A DNA stretch of 64,000 nucleotides from Octopus sinensis (Eukaryota), in NCBI RefSeq assembly GCF_006345805.1, contig NC_043024.1, positions 8,060,001 through 8,124,000 of the forward strand. The letters run 5' to 3'. Under the pieces are notes generated by a model. The model saw nothing but the letters and a program-made list of their open reading frames with translations. It had not been told where the DNA came from and did not search any database. Below are positions 24,865-38,365 of the stretch, in pieces. Made by a program: the position numbers and the translations under genes. Each line of letters starts with the position of its first letter. Position 1 is the stretch's first letter.

Positions 24865-25139
24865 CTAAATATAAACCATTGATTGATTGTGATTGACCCT
24901 GCCATGGTTGGCTGAATGTTTGTCTTTGCTTGAGTCGTCCTGTAGAGACACGGCTTGGTATTGATTGTTAGTCATGGTTCGGTTGTTTGCAGCAGTAACC
25001 ATCGATAATGGGACTGAATTATCTTCCGTATGCAACACTGCAATATTTCTGTTGTTTCTGCAATTGTTGCTGTTGTTACTGCTGTGGTTGCTGTTGTTTA
25101 ATTGGTTTGTGTTTTCAGAATCGCCCACCGTACCATCAT
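24865..25139 (-). CDS. stum: Stum-like terminal coding exon (N/S-rich tail)
   Basis: ttttttctttgttcctgccag| acceptor, phase 1 compatible. Reads DDGTVGDSENTNQLNNSNHSSNNSNNCRNNR...NQSMVYI, TAG at 24867-24865. The three exons total 280+183+275=738 nt, i.e. 245 aa plus stop. Not conserved, so it is supported only by splice site and frame. Confidence 0.7.
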
Positions 25140-25261
25140 CTGGCAGGAACAAAGAAAAAACAAGTTAACCACTTAATATCAGATAATTACTTTGTAAAAT
25201 GTAACGACAATTTATTCACTTTGTTTTCAATTACCATAAATCCTCGAGTATACTCCGCCCT

Positions 25262-27339
25262 TGAGTATAATACACAGGGGATTTTTAGGGGGCTGTACCT
25301 CTGAAAAACCTAAACTTTGTGTATAATACGCAGGGGATTTTTAGGGGGCTGTACCTCTGAAAAACCTAAACCTTGTGTATAATACGCAGGAGTTTTTAAG
25401 GAGCTGTACCTCTGAAAAACCTAAACCTTGTGTATAATATGCAGGGGATTTTTAGGGGGTTGTACCTCTGAAAAACCTAAACCTTGTGTGTACCTCTGAA
25501 AAACCTAAGCCTTGTGTATAATATGCAGGAGTTTTTAAGGGGCTGTACCTCTGAAAAACCTAAACTTTGTGTATAATACGCAGGAGTTTTTAAGGAGCTG
25601 TACCTCTGAAAAACCTAAACCTTGTGTGTACCTCTGAAAAACCTAAACCTTGTGTATAATATGCAGGGGATTTTTAGGGAGTTGTACCTCTGAAAAACCT
25701 AAACCTTGTGTATAATATGCAGGAGTTTTTAAGGAGCTGTACCTCTGAAAAACCTAAACCTTGTGTGTACCTCTGCAAAACCTAAACCTTGTGTATAATA
25801 TGCAGGGGATTTTTAGGGAGTTGTACCTCTGAAAAACCTAAACCTTGTGTGTACCTCTGCAAAACCTAAACCTTGTGTATAATATGCAGGGGATTTTTAG
25901 GGAGTTGTACCTCTGAAAAACCTAAACCTTGTGTATAATACACAGGGGATTTTTAGGGGGTTGTACCTCTGAAAAACCTAAACCTTGTGTATAATACACA
26001 GGGGATTTTTAGGGGGCTGTACCTCTGAAAAACCTAAACCTTGTGTATAATACACAGGGGATTTTTAGGGGGTTGTACCTCTGAAAAACCTAAACCTTGT
26101 GTATAATACACAGGGGATTTTTAGGGGGCTGTACCTCTGGAAAACATAAACCTTGTGTATAATACGCAGGGGATTTTTAGGGGGCTGTACCTCTGAAAAA
26201 CCTAAACTTTGTGTATAATACGCAGGGGATTTTTAGGGGGCTGTACCTCTGAAAAACCTAAACCTTGTGTATAATACGCAGGGGATTTTTAGGAGGCTGT
26301 ACCTCTGAAAAACCTAAATCTTGTGTATAATACGCAGGAGTTTTTAAGGAGCTGTACCTCTGAAAAACCTAAACCTTGTGTGTACCTCTGCAAAACCTAA
26401 ACCTTGTGTATAATATGCAGGGCATTTTTAGGGAGTTGTACCTCTGAAAAACCTAAACCTTGTGTGTACCTCTGAAAAACCTAAACCTTGTATATAATAT
26501 GCAGGGGATTTTTAGGGAGTTGTACCTCTGAAAAACCTAAACCTTGTGTATAATACACAGGGGATTTTTAGGGGGCTGTACCTCTGGAAAACATAAACCT
26601 TGTGTATAATACGCAGGGGATTTTTAGGGGGCTGTACCTCTGAAAAACCTAAACCTTGTGTATAATACGCAGGGGATTTTTAGGGGGCTGTACCTCTGGA
26701 AAACATAAACCTTGTGTATAATACGCAGGGGATTTTTAGGGGGTTGTACCTCTGATAAACCTAAACCTTGTGTATAATACGCAGGTTTTTTTTAGGGGGT
26801 TGTACCTCTAAAAACCCTAAACCTTGTGTATAATACGCAGGGTTTTTTTAGGGGACTGTACCTCTGAAAAACCTAAACCTTGTGTATAATACGCAGGTTT
26901 TTTTTAGGGGGCTGTACCTCTGAAAAACCTAAACCTTGTGTATAATACTCAGGGGATTTTTAGGGGGCTGTACCTCTGAAAATCCTAAAACTTGTGTATA
27001 ATACGCAGGGAATTTTTAGAGGTCTGTACCTCTGAAAAACCTAAACCTTGTGTATAATATGCATGGGATTTTAGGGGGCTGTACCTCTGAAAAACCTAAA
27101 CCTTGTGTATAATACGCAGGGGATTTTTAGGGGGTTGTATCTCTGAAAAACCTAAACCTTGTGTATAATACGCAGGGAATTTTTAGGGGACTGTACCTCT
27201 GAAAAACCTAAACCTTGTGTATAATACGCAGGGGATTTTTAGGGGGTTGTTTCTCTGAAAAACCTAAACCTTGTGTATAATACGCAGGGAATTTTAGGGG
27301 GCTGTACCTCTGAAAAATCTAAACCTTGTGTATAATACA
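25262..27339. repeat. 56-bp minisatellite (about 35 units) with interspersed 28-bp half units
   Basis: Unit gtataatacgcaggggatttttagggggctgtacctctgaaaaacctaaaccttgt (cagggg at 25275 and 25331). The half unit gtacctctgaaaaacctaaaccttgtgt occurs about 6 times. Confidence 0.97.
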
Positions 27340-27781
27340 CTAAGTGACGAGGACGTAAACACACCAGCATCGGTTGTCAAGCAATGCTAGGGGGACAAAC
27401 ACAGACATACACACACACACACATATATATACATATATACGACAGGCTTCTTTCAGTTTCCGTCTACCAAATCCACTCACAAGGCATTGGTCGGCCCGGG
27501 GCTATAGCAGAAGACACTTGCCCAAGATGCCACGCAGTGGGACTGAACCCAGAACCATGTGGTTAGTTAGCAAGCTACTTACCACACAGCCACCCCTTTA
27601 TTTCGTGTGTGTGTTTGTGTTGTCTCTTCTTGGCATCATGTGATAATTCACTGTTATGAAAGCAGTCTGACCCATGGAAGTTTGGAAGCGAGGACATTAA
27701 GACAATGATGATGATGATGATGATGATAATGATGACAACAAAAAAATAAAAGAAAAAATGGTAAGAAAAGAAACTGCTTAC

Positions 27782-27964
27782 CTGAGAAAGTAAGAAAGGC
27801 AACACCCCAGGTAACACTCCATATCCACCCTAACAAAAGCAAGAATGTGGTGAGGAACTGTAAAGTGGCAACCCAGGTATTCGTTAAAATCACTTTGGAC
27901 TTGCTCTTGTCTGGGATTCGAACTCGAGACCCACACTTTATTGTAAGGCCTGATATGAAAGTTC
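27782..27964 (-). CDS. stum: Stum/SPEC3-family protein, second coding exon (hydrophobic segments)
   Basis: ttttctttctcaacag| acceptor and G|gtaagc donor; 183 nt, phase 1-1. Reads (G)TFISGLTIKCGSRVRIPDKSKSKVILTNTWVATLQFLTTFLLLLGWIWSVTWGVAFLTFS; 'LQ.L....GW.WS..WG' is the Stum/SPEC3 signature. Confidence 0.88.
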
Positions 27965-28605
27965 CTGTTGAGAAAGAAAACGAAGAAGAGATAAAAATAA
28001 AGATTGGCCTGGGTCTGAAACTTTATGCTTTATCTGTTGGTAAGGTGGCTTCAGCTTGGGAAGTATCTCGTATCTTTTACTTGCTTCAGTCATTGGATCT
28101 TGGCCATTCTGGGGTACCACTTTGAAGGGTTTAGTTAAAGAAATTAATCCCAGTATATATATATATAGGCGCAGGATTGGCTGTGTGGTAAGTAGCTTGC
28201 TAACCAACCACATGGTTCCGGGTTCAATCCCACTGCGTGGCATCTTGGGCAAGTGTCTTCTGCTATAGCCCCGGGCCGACCGATGCCGTGAGAGTGGATT
28301 TGGTAGACGGAAACTGAAAGAAGCCTGTCGTATATATGTATATATATGTATGTGTGTGTGTGTTTGTGTGTCTGTGTTTGTCTCCCTAGCATTGCTTGAC
28401 AACCGATGCTGGTGTGTTTACGTCCCCATCACTTAGCGGTTCGGCAAAAGAGACCGATAGAATAAGTACTGGGCTTACAAAGAATAAGTCCCGGGGTCGA
28501 TTTGCTCGACTAAAGGCGGTGCTCCAGCATGGCCGCAGTCAAATGACTGAAACAAGTAAAAGAGTAAAGATATATATATATATATATATATACGTATGTA
28601 TGAAT

Positions 28606-28998
28606 AAACAAGTCAAGATAGAAAATGCTAAAATAATTTTATAAAGAACATTTCAGTACCGGTTTCGGTCATTTGAGACCTTTTCAACTGTAACAATTAA
28701 ATAATTAAATTTAGTAAAATTAAAAGAAAAGTTTTTTTTAAAAGAATATTTGTATAGTGTCTAAATATAAGTGGCATTTTCCTTGTTTCTGCCTCAAGAG
28801 AGACAGAGAAAGGCAGAAACAAGAAAAATGCCACTTATATTTGAACACTATACAAATATTCTTTTAAAAAAACTTTCCTTTTAATTTTTCCAAATATAAT
28901 TATTTAATCGTTACAGTTGAAAAGGTCTCAAATGACCGAAACCGGTACTGAAATGTTCTTTATAAAATTATTTTAGCATTTTCTATTTTGACTTGTTT
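28606..28998. ncRNA. About 190-bp-arm palindrome carrying two identical minimal hammerheads (C3U/G8A core)
   Basis: Plus strand 28914-28950: CAG-UUGAAAA-GGUC-UCAAAU-GACC-GAAAC-CG-GUA-CUG. Exact reverse complement at 28654-28690; 16-nt central loop at 28795-28810. Confidence 0.7.
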
Positions 28999-29199
28999 TT
29001 TCACATATATATATATATATATATATCTTTTAAAGCCTGGTACTTAATGTATTGGCTACATTCACTGAGCTGCTAACTTCTGGGCCATAAACCAACCGAC
29101 ACCGGTTGTCAAACAGTGGTAAAGGACAAACAACAAAAGCAATGATCCACACACAAACATATGTACTTATACATGTATACACATATAATTTTCATCTGT

Positions 29200-29670
29200 C
29201 TTCTGGTCATAGTGAAAGAGGTTGTGTGGTGGTCCTAGACTGAAAGGGCAGAAGGCAGATACTTTCCTCTTGGGCCTACCCCTCATCAAGTTTTTCAGTT
29301 ACCCTCTGGAAAGGAAAGTGAAGGGTTGAGAGTGAAGTGCTGACATTCAATAAATTTGTTAAAAGGTGGGTGAACGTGGTGAAGATGAGATGGTCCCTGT
29401 TAATGGGCCGAGCATGTGCTTTTGAGTTTCCACAGCTCAGAAAGAGAGAGAGAGAAATATGGGGAGAGGGCCCTTGCTCTACTGGTCAGGGCTCTTGTGG
29501 ACTTTTTGTGGGGTTTCCATGAGTAGCCCTGAGTTGCTTGCCTCTTTTAGGCACTTTCTTTCTTATATTTCCCATTATTATCAACTTTTTACACAACACT
29601 CTATGTAACCCCACATTGTCCTACATGTTTTGTAATGTCCAATCTAGTTTTGTCAGCCCCTGTGGCTAAT
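29200..29670 (+). mobile_element. Probable L1/Tx1-clade LINE 3' end
   Basis: Degenerate K*RVESEVLTFNKFVKRWVNVVKM, then a U-rich 3' UTR ending ttttgtcagcccctgtggctaata that runs directly into an (att)n expansion. Confidence 0.45.
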
Positions 29671-29749
29671 ACAGAAATTATTATTATCATTATTATTATT
29701 ATTATTATCATCATCATCATCATCATCATTATTATTATCATTATTATTA

Positions 29750-29783
<34 letters not shown>

Positions 29784-30243
29784 CATTATTATCATTATTA
29801 TTATCATTATTATCATTATTTATATATTATCATTATTATTATTATTATTATCATTTTATTATTATTATCATTATTATTATATTAATTATTATATTATTCA
29901 TATTATATATTATTACATTATTATTATATCATCATCATCATCATCATCATTATTATTATCATTATTATTATTATTATTATTATTATCATTATTATTATTT
30001 TATCATTATTATCATTATTATTATCTATATTATTATTATCATTATTATTATTATATTATTATTATCATTATTATTATTATTATTATCATTATTATTATTA
30101 TTATTTTCATATTAATTTATTATATTATTTTATTATTATTATTATAATTATTATTATCATTATTATTATCATTAATATTATTATATTATTATTATTATAT
30201 TATTATTATATTATTATTATCATTAATATTATTATCATTAATA

Positions 30244-30279
<36 letters not shown>

Positions 30280-30329
30280 ATATTATTATTATTATCATCA
30301 TTATTATTATCATTATTATTATTATTATT

Positions 30330-30361
<32 letters not shown>

Positions 30362-30385
30362 TATTATTATTATTATTAATCAATC
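29660..30385. repeat. (ATT/ATC)n microsatellite
   Basis: Visible directly. Confidence 0.98.
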
Positions 30386-30719
30386 CATTCTATGTAACAA
30401 GCGACATTATTATATATACGCATTGTATATTTTCATTTTAAATTTTTACATCATTTATTTTCGACATATACACCGGCGTTTCTTTTGTGAGTTGTCTACG
30501 TGATTTCCTTGTCTCACTCATCAGTCATCTTGGGGCCAGTAAAAGAAGCCATTACCATTATTATTATCATTATTATTGTTGTTGTTGTTGTTGTTGTTGT
30601 TGTTTTGCTGTTACCATTATTTCCTCTCTTCATTATGTCTGCTCAGGCAATATTTGGCAGACGTTGCTAAGCAATATATCGTTTACTGATATATATCGCT
30701 TACAATGTTATACATAAAT

Positions 30720-30829
30720 GTATGTATGTATGTATGTATGCATGTAGGCTTGTGTGTATGTGTATATATATGAGTATATGTATGTACATATGTGTGTGCA
30801 TATATATATTTCTAACTAGCTACTTTGCT

Positions 30830-30900
<71 letters not shown>

Positions 30901-31041
30901 AAATATATATATATACATATATACATATACACATACATATTATATATACATATATACACACACATATATATAACATATATATATATACACACATATATAT
31001 ACATATATATATACATATATATAACATATATATATATATAC

Positions 31042-31074
<33 letters not shown>

Positions 31075-31089
31075 CATATATACATATAC

Positions 31090-31134
<45 letters not shown>

Positions 31135-31152
31135 CATATACATAATATATAA

Positions 31153-31217
<65 letters not shown>

Positions 31218-31230
31218 TATATATATACAC
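30720..31230. repeat. (TA/TACA)n microsatellite
   Basis: Visible directly. Confidence 0.98.
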
Positions 31231-31684
31231 TTCCTCCTGACAATTTTCACTGTGCCGGGTGGAAGGAAACCGCAGATAATTTACCAGAAGTCTACATGGC
31301 ATTGATAAATGAAGCTTTCTAGTAATTAATCGACCAACGTCATGGCCTCGTTAAAAAGCATAAAGAGAATGTCACGCCTACAAAATCAAAGAAAATCAAA
31401 ATGGTAGACATCACCACCACCACCACCACCACCACCACCACCACTATCACCATCATCATCATCATTGTCAATGTCATCATCTGCTTCCGATGGCAACAAA
31501 CCAATGAGTAATAGTTTCCATGACTTGTGTTCAAATAGTTTTTTTGTTTCATTTGCAATATAGTAAACATTGTGTATTCAGGTAAAGTTTCTCAATTATC
31601 TCAATTAAACAGGTGGTTGGCATAGAATCACCTGTAATGGTCCCTTGGCTCAGGTGGATCGAAATACATGGTTGGTATCGACAA

Positions 31685-31710
31685 TGACAACAATATAATA
31701 ATGATGATAA

Positions 31711-31741
<31 letters not shown>

Positions 31742-32360
31742 AATAAATAATAATAATGATGATAATAATAATAATAATAACAATAATAATAATAAGAATA
31801 ACAATAATAATAGTAATAATAGTAATAATAATAATAATGATAATATAATAATAATAATACTGATGATGATGATGATGATGATAATAATAAAAATAATAAT
31901 AATAATAATAACAATAATAATAATAATAATAAAAATAATGATAATAAAAATAATAATGATAAAATAGTAATAATGATGATGATGATGATGATATATTAAA
32001 AATATAATAATAATAATAATAATAATAATGATAATAATAAAAATAATGATAGTAATAAAAATAATAATGATAATAATAGTAATAATGATGATGATGATGA
32101 TGATAATATTAAAAATAATAATAATAATAATAATATAATAATGATAATAATAAAAATAATAATGATGATAATAATAAAAATAATAATGATAATAATAGTA
32201 ATAATGATGATGATGATGATAATAATGATGATAATAACAATAATAATAGTAATAATGATCACAATAATAATAAAAATAATGATAATAATAATAATAAAAA
32301 TAACGATGATGATGATGATGATAATAATAATAATAAGAAGAAGAAGAAGAAGAAGAAGAA
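31685..32360. repeat. (AAT/GAT)n microsatellite with higher-order duplication
   Basis: Visible directly. Confidence 0.98.
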
Positions 32361-33399
32361 TGGCTTCAAATTTTGGCGTGAGACCAGAAAGATGTGCTGG
32401 ATGGCTGATAACATCGACCCCAGTGCCAGTTTGTTTATTAGTTATAAAGGCTTGTACATACAAATCACACGTTATATATGGGAGTTAAAAATACCTGTGA
32501 GGACGGAGAAGATAACATTATTTGCAGAAATGGAGGGAGGAGTAAAGGGTGTTACCCAATGAACATGATTTAATATTTGATAAAAATTAACGAACTCTGA
32601 ATAATTAGAAAACTGAACGAAAAAGCAAAATAATTGAAGCAAGACATGGTGTCTGGGCTAAATTTTATGATCATCATCATCGTCGTTTAACGTCCGCTTT
32701 CCATGCTAGCATGGGTTGGACGATTTGAATGAGGGCTGGCGAACCAGATGGCTGCACCAGGCTTCAATCTTGATCTGGCAGAGTTTCTACAGCTGGATGC
32801 CCTTCCTAACGCCAACCACTCCGAGAGTGTAGTGGGTGCTTTTTACGTGCCACTGGCACGGGGGCCAGTCAGGTGGTACTGGCAACGACCTCGCTTGAAT
32901 CTTTTACACATGCCACTGGCACAGGTACCAGTAAGGCGATGCTGGTAACAGTCACGCTCAGATGGTGTCTTTTATGTGCCACCAGCACAGAGGCCAGATA
33001 GCCGCTCTGGCAACGATCACACTTGGATGGTGTTTGGGCAAAAATAAAACACAATATTCTGTTGTGTCTGGGAAGAGTCATTCTCTTTTATTCAAGAACT
33101 ACAATAGCTCAATGCGGAGGTGCATGGCCTAGTGATCATGGCATTGTACTCATGAGTGAAAGATTGTGATTTCAGTTCCTGGACTGGGCAATGTGCTGTG
33201 TTCTTGAGCGAGACACTTCACTCCACATTGCTCCAGTCTACACTCAGCTGGTAAAAATGATTAGTCCCGTGATGGACTTATCACTTGTCAGAGAAACCAC
33301 GAAACTGACCCTATGCTCCTTATGGGGTCATGTGGACTAACCATGGTACCTCGGTCGAGGTGTTATAATGGGGTACATATATGTGTTGGTGGTGGGGAT

Positions 33400-33483
33400 A
33401 ATGATGGTGGTGGTAGTGGTAAGATGCAAGCTGAGGGAGATGGGGCTTATTTTGTTGAGACTTCCCAGTGGCACTGTTGATGA

Positions 33484-33514
<31 letters not shown>

Positions 33515-33522
33515 GGTGGTGG

Positions 33523-33585
<63 letters not shown>

Positions 33586-33933
33586 CGATGGTGGTGGTGG
33601 TGGTGGTGGTGATGATGATGGTGATGATGATGACGATGGTGGTGGTGGTGGTGGTGGTGATGGTGATGATGATGATGGTGATGATGACGACGACGATGAT
33701 GGTGGTGGTGGTGGTGGTGGTGGTGATGATGGTGGTGATGGTGATGACGATGATGACGATGATGATGGCGATGATGATAATGATGGTGATGGTGATGATG
33801 ATGATGATGACGACGACGATGTTGGTGGTGGTGGTGGTGGTGATGATGATGATGAAGGTAGTGATAAAGGAAGTGTACAGACAATATTTTGGCCAACTTC
33901 CATACTAATGATAAATTTGCATATCATTGTACA

Positions 33934-33986
<53 letters not shown>

Positions 33987-34685
33987 ATGTATATGCATGT
34001 ATGTGTGCATGCGTGTGTGAGTGTATGTGTGTGTGTGTGTATATATATATTGTATATATATATATCTATCTTTATATACATACACACATACAAATATACA
34101 CACAATATATATACATATATACAAATATATACATATATAAATATATATATATATATGTATGTACAAATATATATATATTGTATATATATATATCTATCTT
34201 TATATACATACACACATACAAATATACACACACATATATATACATATATACAAATATATACATATATAAATATATATATATATATGTATGTACAAATATA
34301 TATATATATGTATGTATGTATACACAAACACACACACACACAAACATGTATATAAACACACAAATACATATATATATATATATAAATATATGTACATACA
34401 GAGTCTAACATACACACACACACAGATATATACACACACAAGAAGAAGAAGAAGAACAACAACAACAACAACAACGACGACGTTAATAACTCCTGTTGTT
34501 TTACAGACAGATTGTATTACTGACGATGTTCTTTCTGCTGGAGCCCTTCAGGTTGGGTGTCAGGTGTGGAAGGGTGTTGGTGGGGTGTTAACTAAGGGTG
34601 GTAACAGTAGTAGTAGAAATAGTAGTAGTAGTAGTAGTAGTAGCAGCAGCAGTAGTAGTAGTAGTAGTAATAGTAGTAGTAGTAA

Positions 34686-34716
<31 letters not shown>

Positions 34717-35330
34717 GGTAGTAGTAGTAGTAATAGTAGTAGTAGTAGCAGCAGTAGTAGTAGTGGTGTGGTGATATTGAATATGGTATAGTCATGGTGG
34801 TAGTAGTGGAGTGGGGAGGGCAAATGGTTAAGATATCGCTGATGGTGGTGATGATGATGATGGTGATGATAGTGATGGTGGCAGTGGTATTGCTGCTGTT
34901 GGAAATGATGATGGCAGTAGTGGTTGTGATGATGATGATGATGATGATGATGATTGTGTTGGGTGTGCTGAAGATGAGGAGGATGGTGTTAAGGATGATG
35001 ATGATGATGATGATGCTGAGGAGGAGGAGGAGGAGGAGGAGGCTGAGAAGAATGGTGAGGATGCTGTTGTTGATAGAAGCTGGGATAGTGGTGTGTTCAA
35101 AGTGGTTTTGGCTGTGTAGTGTTGGTGGTAGCGCTGATGACAGAGAAGTGTGAAATGGTAGCAGCAACAGCAGCAGTATTAGTAGTAGTAGTAGTATTGG
35201 TGGTGGTGGTGGTGGTAGTGGTGGTGGTGGTGGTGGTGGTGGTAGCAGCAGCAGTAGTGGTAGTAGTGGTAGTGGTAGTAGTAGTAGTAGTAGTAGTAGT
35301 GGCAGTGGTGATGATAGTGGTGTGGTAGAT
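33400..35330. repeat. Compound (GAT/GGT)n, (TA/CA)n and (AGT/AGC/GGT)n simple-repeat block
   Basis: Visible directly; it is the source of the poly-D/G, poly-H, poly-S and YI ORFs. Confidence 0.97.
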
Positions 35331-36138
35331 AGAGTAGCGGTGGAAGAAGGCGACAAGCTGGCAGAAACGTTAGCACGCCGGGTGAAATGCGAAGCTGTAT
35401 TTCGTCTGTCATTACGTTCTGAGTTCAAATTCCGCCGAGGTCGACTTTGCCTTTCATTCTTTCGGGGTCGATAAATTAAGTACCAGTTGCGTACTAGGAT
35501 CGATATAATCGACTTAATCCATCTGTCTGTCCTTGTTTGTCTCCTCTGTGTTTAGCCCCTTCTGGGTAGTAAAGAAATAGGTATTTCTTCTGTCTTTACG
35601 TTTTGAGTTCAAATTCCGCCGAGGTCGACTTTGCCTTTCATTCTTTCGGGGGGTCGATAAATTAAGTACCAGTTGCGTACTAGGATCGATATAATCGACT
35701 TAATCCATCTGTCTGTCCTTGTTTGTCTCCTCTGTGTTTAGCCCCTTCTGGGTAGTAAAGAAATAGGTATTTCTTCTGTCTTTACGTTTTGAGTTCAAAT
35801 TCCGCCGAGGTCGACTTTGCCTTTCATTCTTTCGGGGGGTCGATAAATTAAGTACCAGTTGCGTACTAGGATCGATATAATCGACTTAATCCATCTGTCT
35901 GTCCTTGTTTGTCTCCTCTGTGTTTAGCCCCTTCTGGGTAGTAAAGAAATAGGTATTTCCATCTACCAAATCTACTCACAAGGCTTTGGTCAGACCGAGG
36001 CTATAGTAGAAGACACTTGGCCAAAGTGCCACACAGTGGGACTGAACTCGGAACCATGTGGTTCATAAGCAAGCTACTTACCACACACCCAATGAAGAAT
36101 TGTTCAGTTTGTACAAGGTGATATTCATATAATTTTTA

Positions 36139-36809
36139 GGATTTTTTCGCTTTGAACAGCAGTTTTTTAAAATAATTTCCACGTAACTAAACACTTTTAA
36201 ACTTCGTATACTGGTAGAATGTGTTTAAAACATCTTTTTCTCTTGGCTTTATTGAGAAATTTTATAGTTTGTAAGATATTGTTGTTTTTTTTCTTCAATT
36301 TCTGCAATTTCAACCAATCAATGATGTCTATTGAGGTAAAAAAACATTCTGTGCCGTATGAATATGTCCCTTGTTTAAGAAACAGATTGGGTTATTTACA
36401 TTTGTGAAGAAAAAAAGAACCCTTCCCCCCAACCCTAACCTAACCTAAAAACGATTGAAATGCAATAGATCGATACTAGGGTCATAATTATGGGTGACAA
36501 TTTCATATGACACCGCTAGGAGAAACTGCCGTTCAAACCGAAAAGATCCGCAATTTCAACCAATCACTGATGTCTATTGAGGTAAAAAAACATTCTATGT
36601 TGTATGAATATGTAACCCGTTTAAGAAATGGATTGGATTTATTTACATTTGTGAAGAAAAAAGATACCCTTCCCCCACTCCTAACTCTAACCCTAACCCT
36701 AACTCTAAAATAGATTGAAATGCAATAGATCAATACTAGGGTCATAATTATGGGTGACTATTTTATATGATACCGCTAGAAAAAACTGCCGTTCAAACCG
36801 AAAAGATCC
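36139..36809. mobile_element. GG..CC-ended MITE with 8-bp TSD and duplicated right half
   Basis: TSD aattttta at 36131-38 and 36810-17; TIR ggatYttttcg.tttgaac.gcagttttt; 36304-36549 is repeated at 36550-36809. Confidence 0.85.
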
Positions 36810-37536
36810 AATTTTTAAAGTAGAAACAATGCTGTTACTAAACAAATTGTAAGTCCAAAATTAGGAGGTAAACCCTCTCATTGGTCATTAAATAATGGTA
36901 CGAAAATAAGAATTCTTGTCTCTACCGCGCTGGTGTAGAAGTAGACTTATTTGACAATGGAAGGGGCCGGGCCAAAGTTTCCAAAATACTTCAGGTAAAG
37001 TTAATTACCTGTGAGTCATTTGTATTTTTACTTTATATGCTACTTCACACTGGCAGAAACAGCAGGTGAACAGCTCGTGGCTAGACACTACATGTCTAGA
37101 CTCTGCGTAGGGGTATGATATGGCATCCACTAAGACAGGTAACAGGTAACAACCACCTGCATGGCAAAATACAAAAACAAAAAAAATTGATAGACTGAAA
37201 AATTAAGTTGCTTCAGAGGGGCCCCTCCAGGATTAGGGACCCTAAAACTTAAGCTTTATTAGTTTTATGGTAGATCTGCCACTAAACTGTCCTATGTCCA
37301 AATTTGGCCAAAAGCGTTTTTTTTTTCAATATTTATTTTTGCTTTCAGTAACCAGTTCTTTTGGTCAAACTATCGTATCTCCGACTGCTTCAGATGCCAA
37401 GATATCAAAAATTGTCAAAGTATAATACAATGGTTTTGCTATGGAATGGTGAAATTATTTTTCCTTTTTCTGAAAAACAATGTTTTGGACTGACGACACT
37501 TTTGTATAATAATAACAATATAGATATATATAAAAT

Positions 37537-38190
37537 ACAAAATGGGACAAGAATGCACATCCGAACAACTAGGTGATACAAAAAGGGACAAGAATGCACA
37601 TCCGAACAACTAGGTGATACAAAAAGGGACAAGAATGCACATCCGAACAACTAGATGATACAAAAAGGGACAAGAATGCACATCCGAACAACTAGGTGAT
37701 ACAAAAAGGGACAAGAATGCACATCCGAACAACTAGGTGAACAAAAAGGGACAAGAATGCACATCCGAACAACTAGGTGATACAAAAAGGGACAAGAATG
37801 CACATCCGAACACTAGGTGATACAAAAAGGGACAAGAATGCACATCCGAACAACTAGGTGATACAAAAAGGGACAAGAATGCACATCCGAACAACTAGGT
37901 GATACAAAAAGGGACAAGAATGCACATCCGAACAACTAGGTGATACAAAAAGGGACAAGAATGCACATCCGAACAACTAGGTGATACAAAAAGGGACAAG
38001 AATGCACATCCGAACAACTAGGTGATACAAAATGGGACAAGAATGCACATCCGAACAACTAGGTGATACAAAATGGGGACAAGATTCCATCCGAAACAAC
38101 TATGTGATACAAAAAGGGACAAGAATGCACATCCGAACAACTAGGTGATACAAAAAGGGACAAGAATGCACATCCGAACAACTAGGTGAT
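37537..38190. repeat. 41-bp minisatellite, about 16 copies
   Basis: Unit acaaaaagggacaagaatgcacatccgaacaactaggtgat; near-identical copies with no spacers. Confidence 0.97.
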
Positions 38191-38319
38191 ACAAAAAGGG
38201 ACAACAAAACATCTAGATGGACGATACAAAAAAACAAGGACAGGTCATTCAAAGCTTTCTATCCTCAGTCAAGAACCAGATCATCCTTGCAATTTCGGCT
38301 TGTCCCATTTTGTATTTTA

Positions 38320-38365
<46 letters not shown>

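Noticed and set aside
25262-27339. CRISPR-like array
   Set aside because: Contiguous tandem units with no unique spacers, no cas genes, and a eukaryotic intronic context.
27374-27643. Recurrent MSSNARG/MLGGQTQT ORF family
   Set aside because: Chance ORFs in copies of SINE family B, variably broken between copies.
29635-32488. Poly-I, poly-N and YI-repeat ORFs
   Set aside because: Simple-repeat translations.
33368-34408. 346-aa ORF and overlapping poly-D/G/H/M ORFs
   Set aside because: Translations of (GAT/GGT)n and (TA)n microsatellites in an intron; no splice or domain support.
34288-35428. Poly-S/L/V ORFs
   Set aside because: Trinucleotide-repeat translations.
37537-38190. CRISPR-like array (41-bp repeat)
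   Set aside because: Head-to-tail repeats without spacers.
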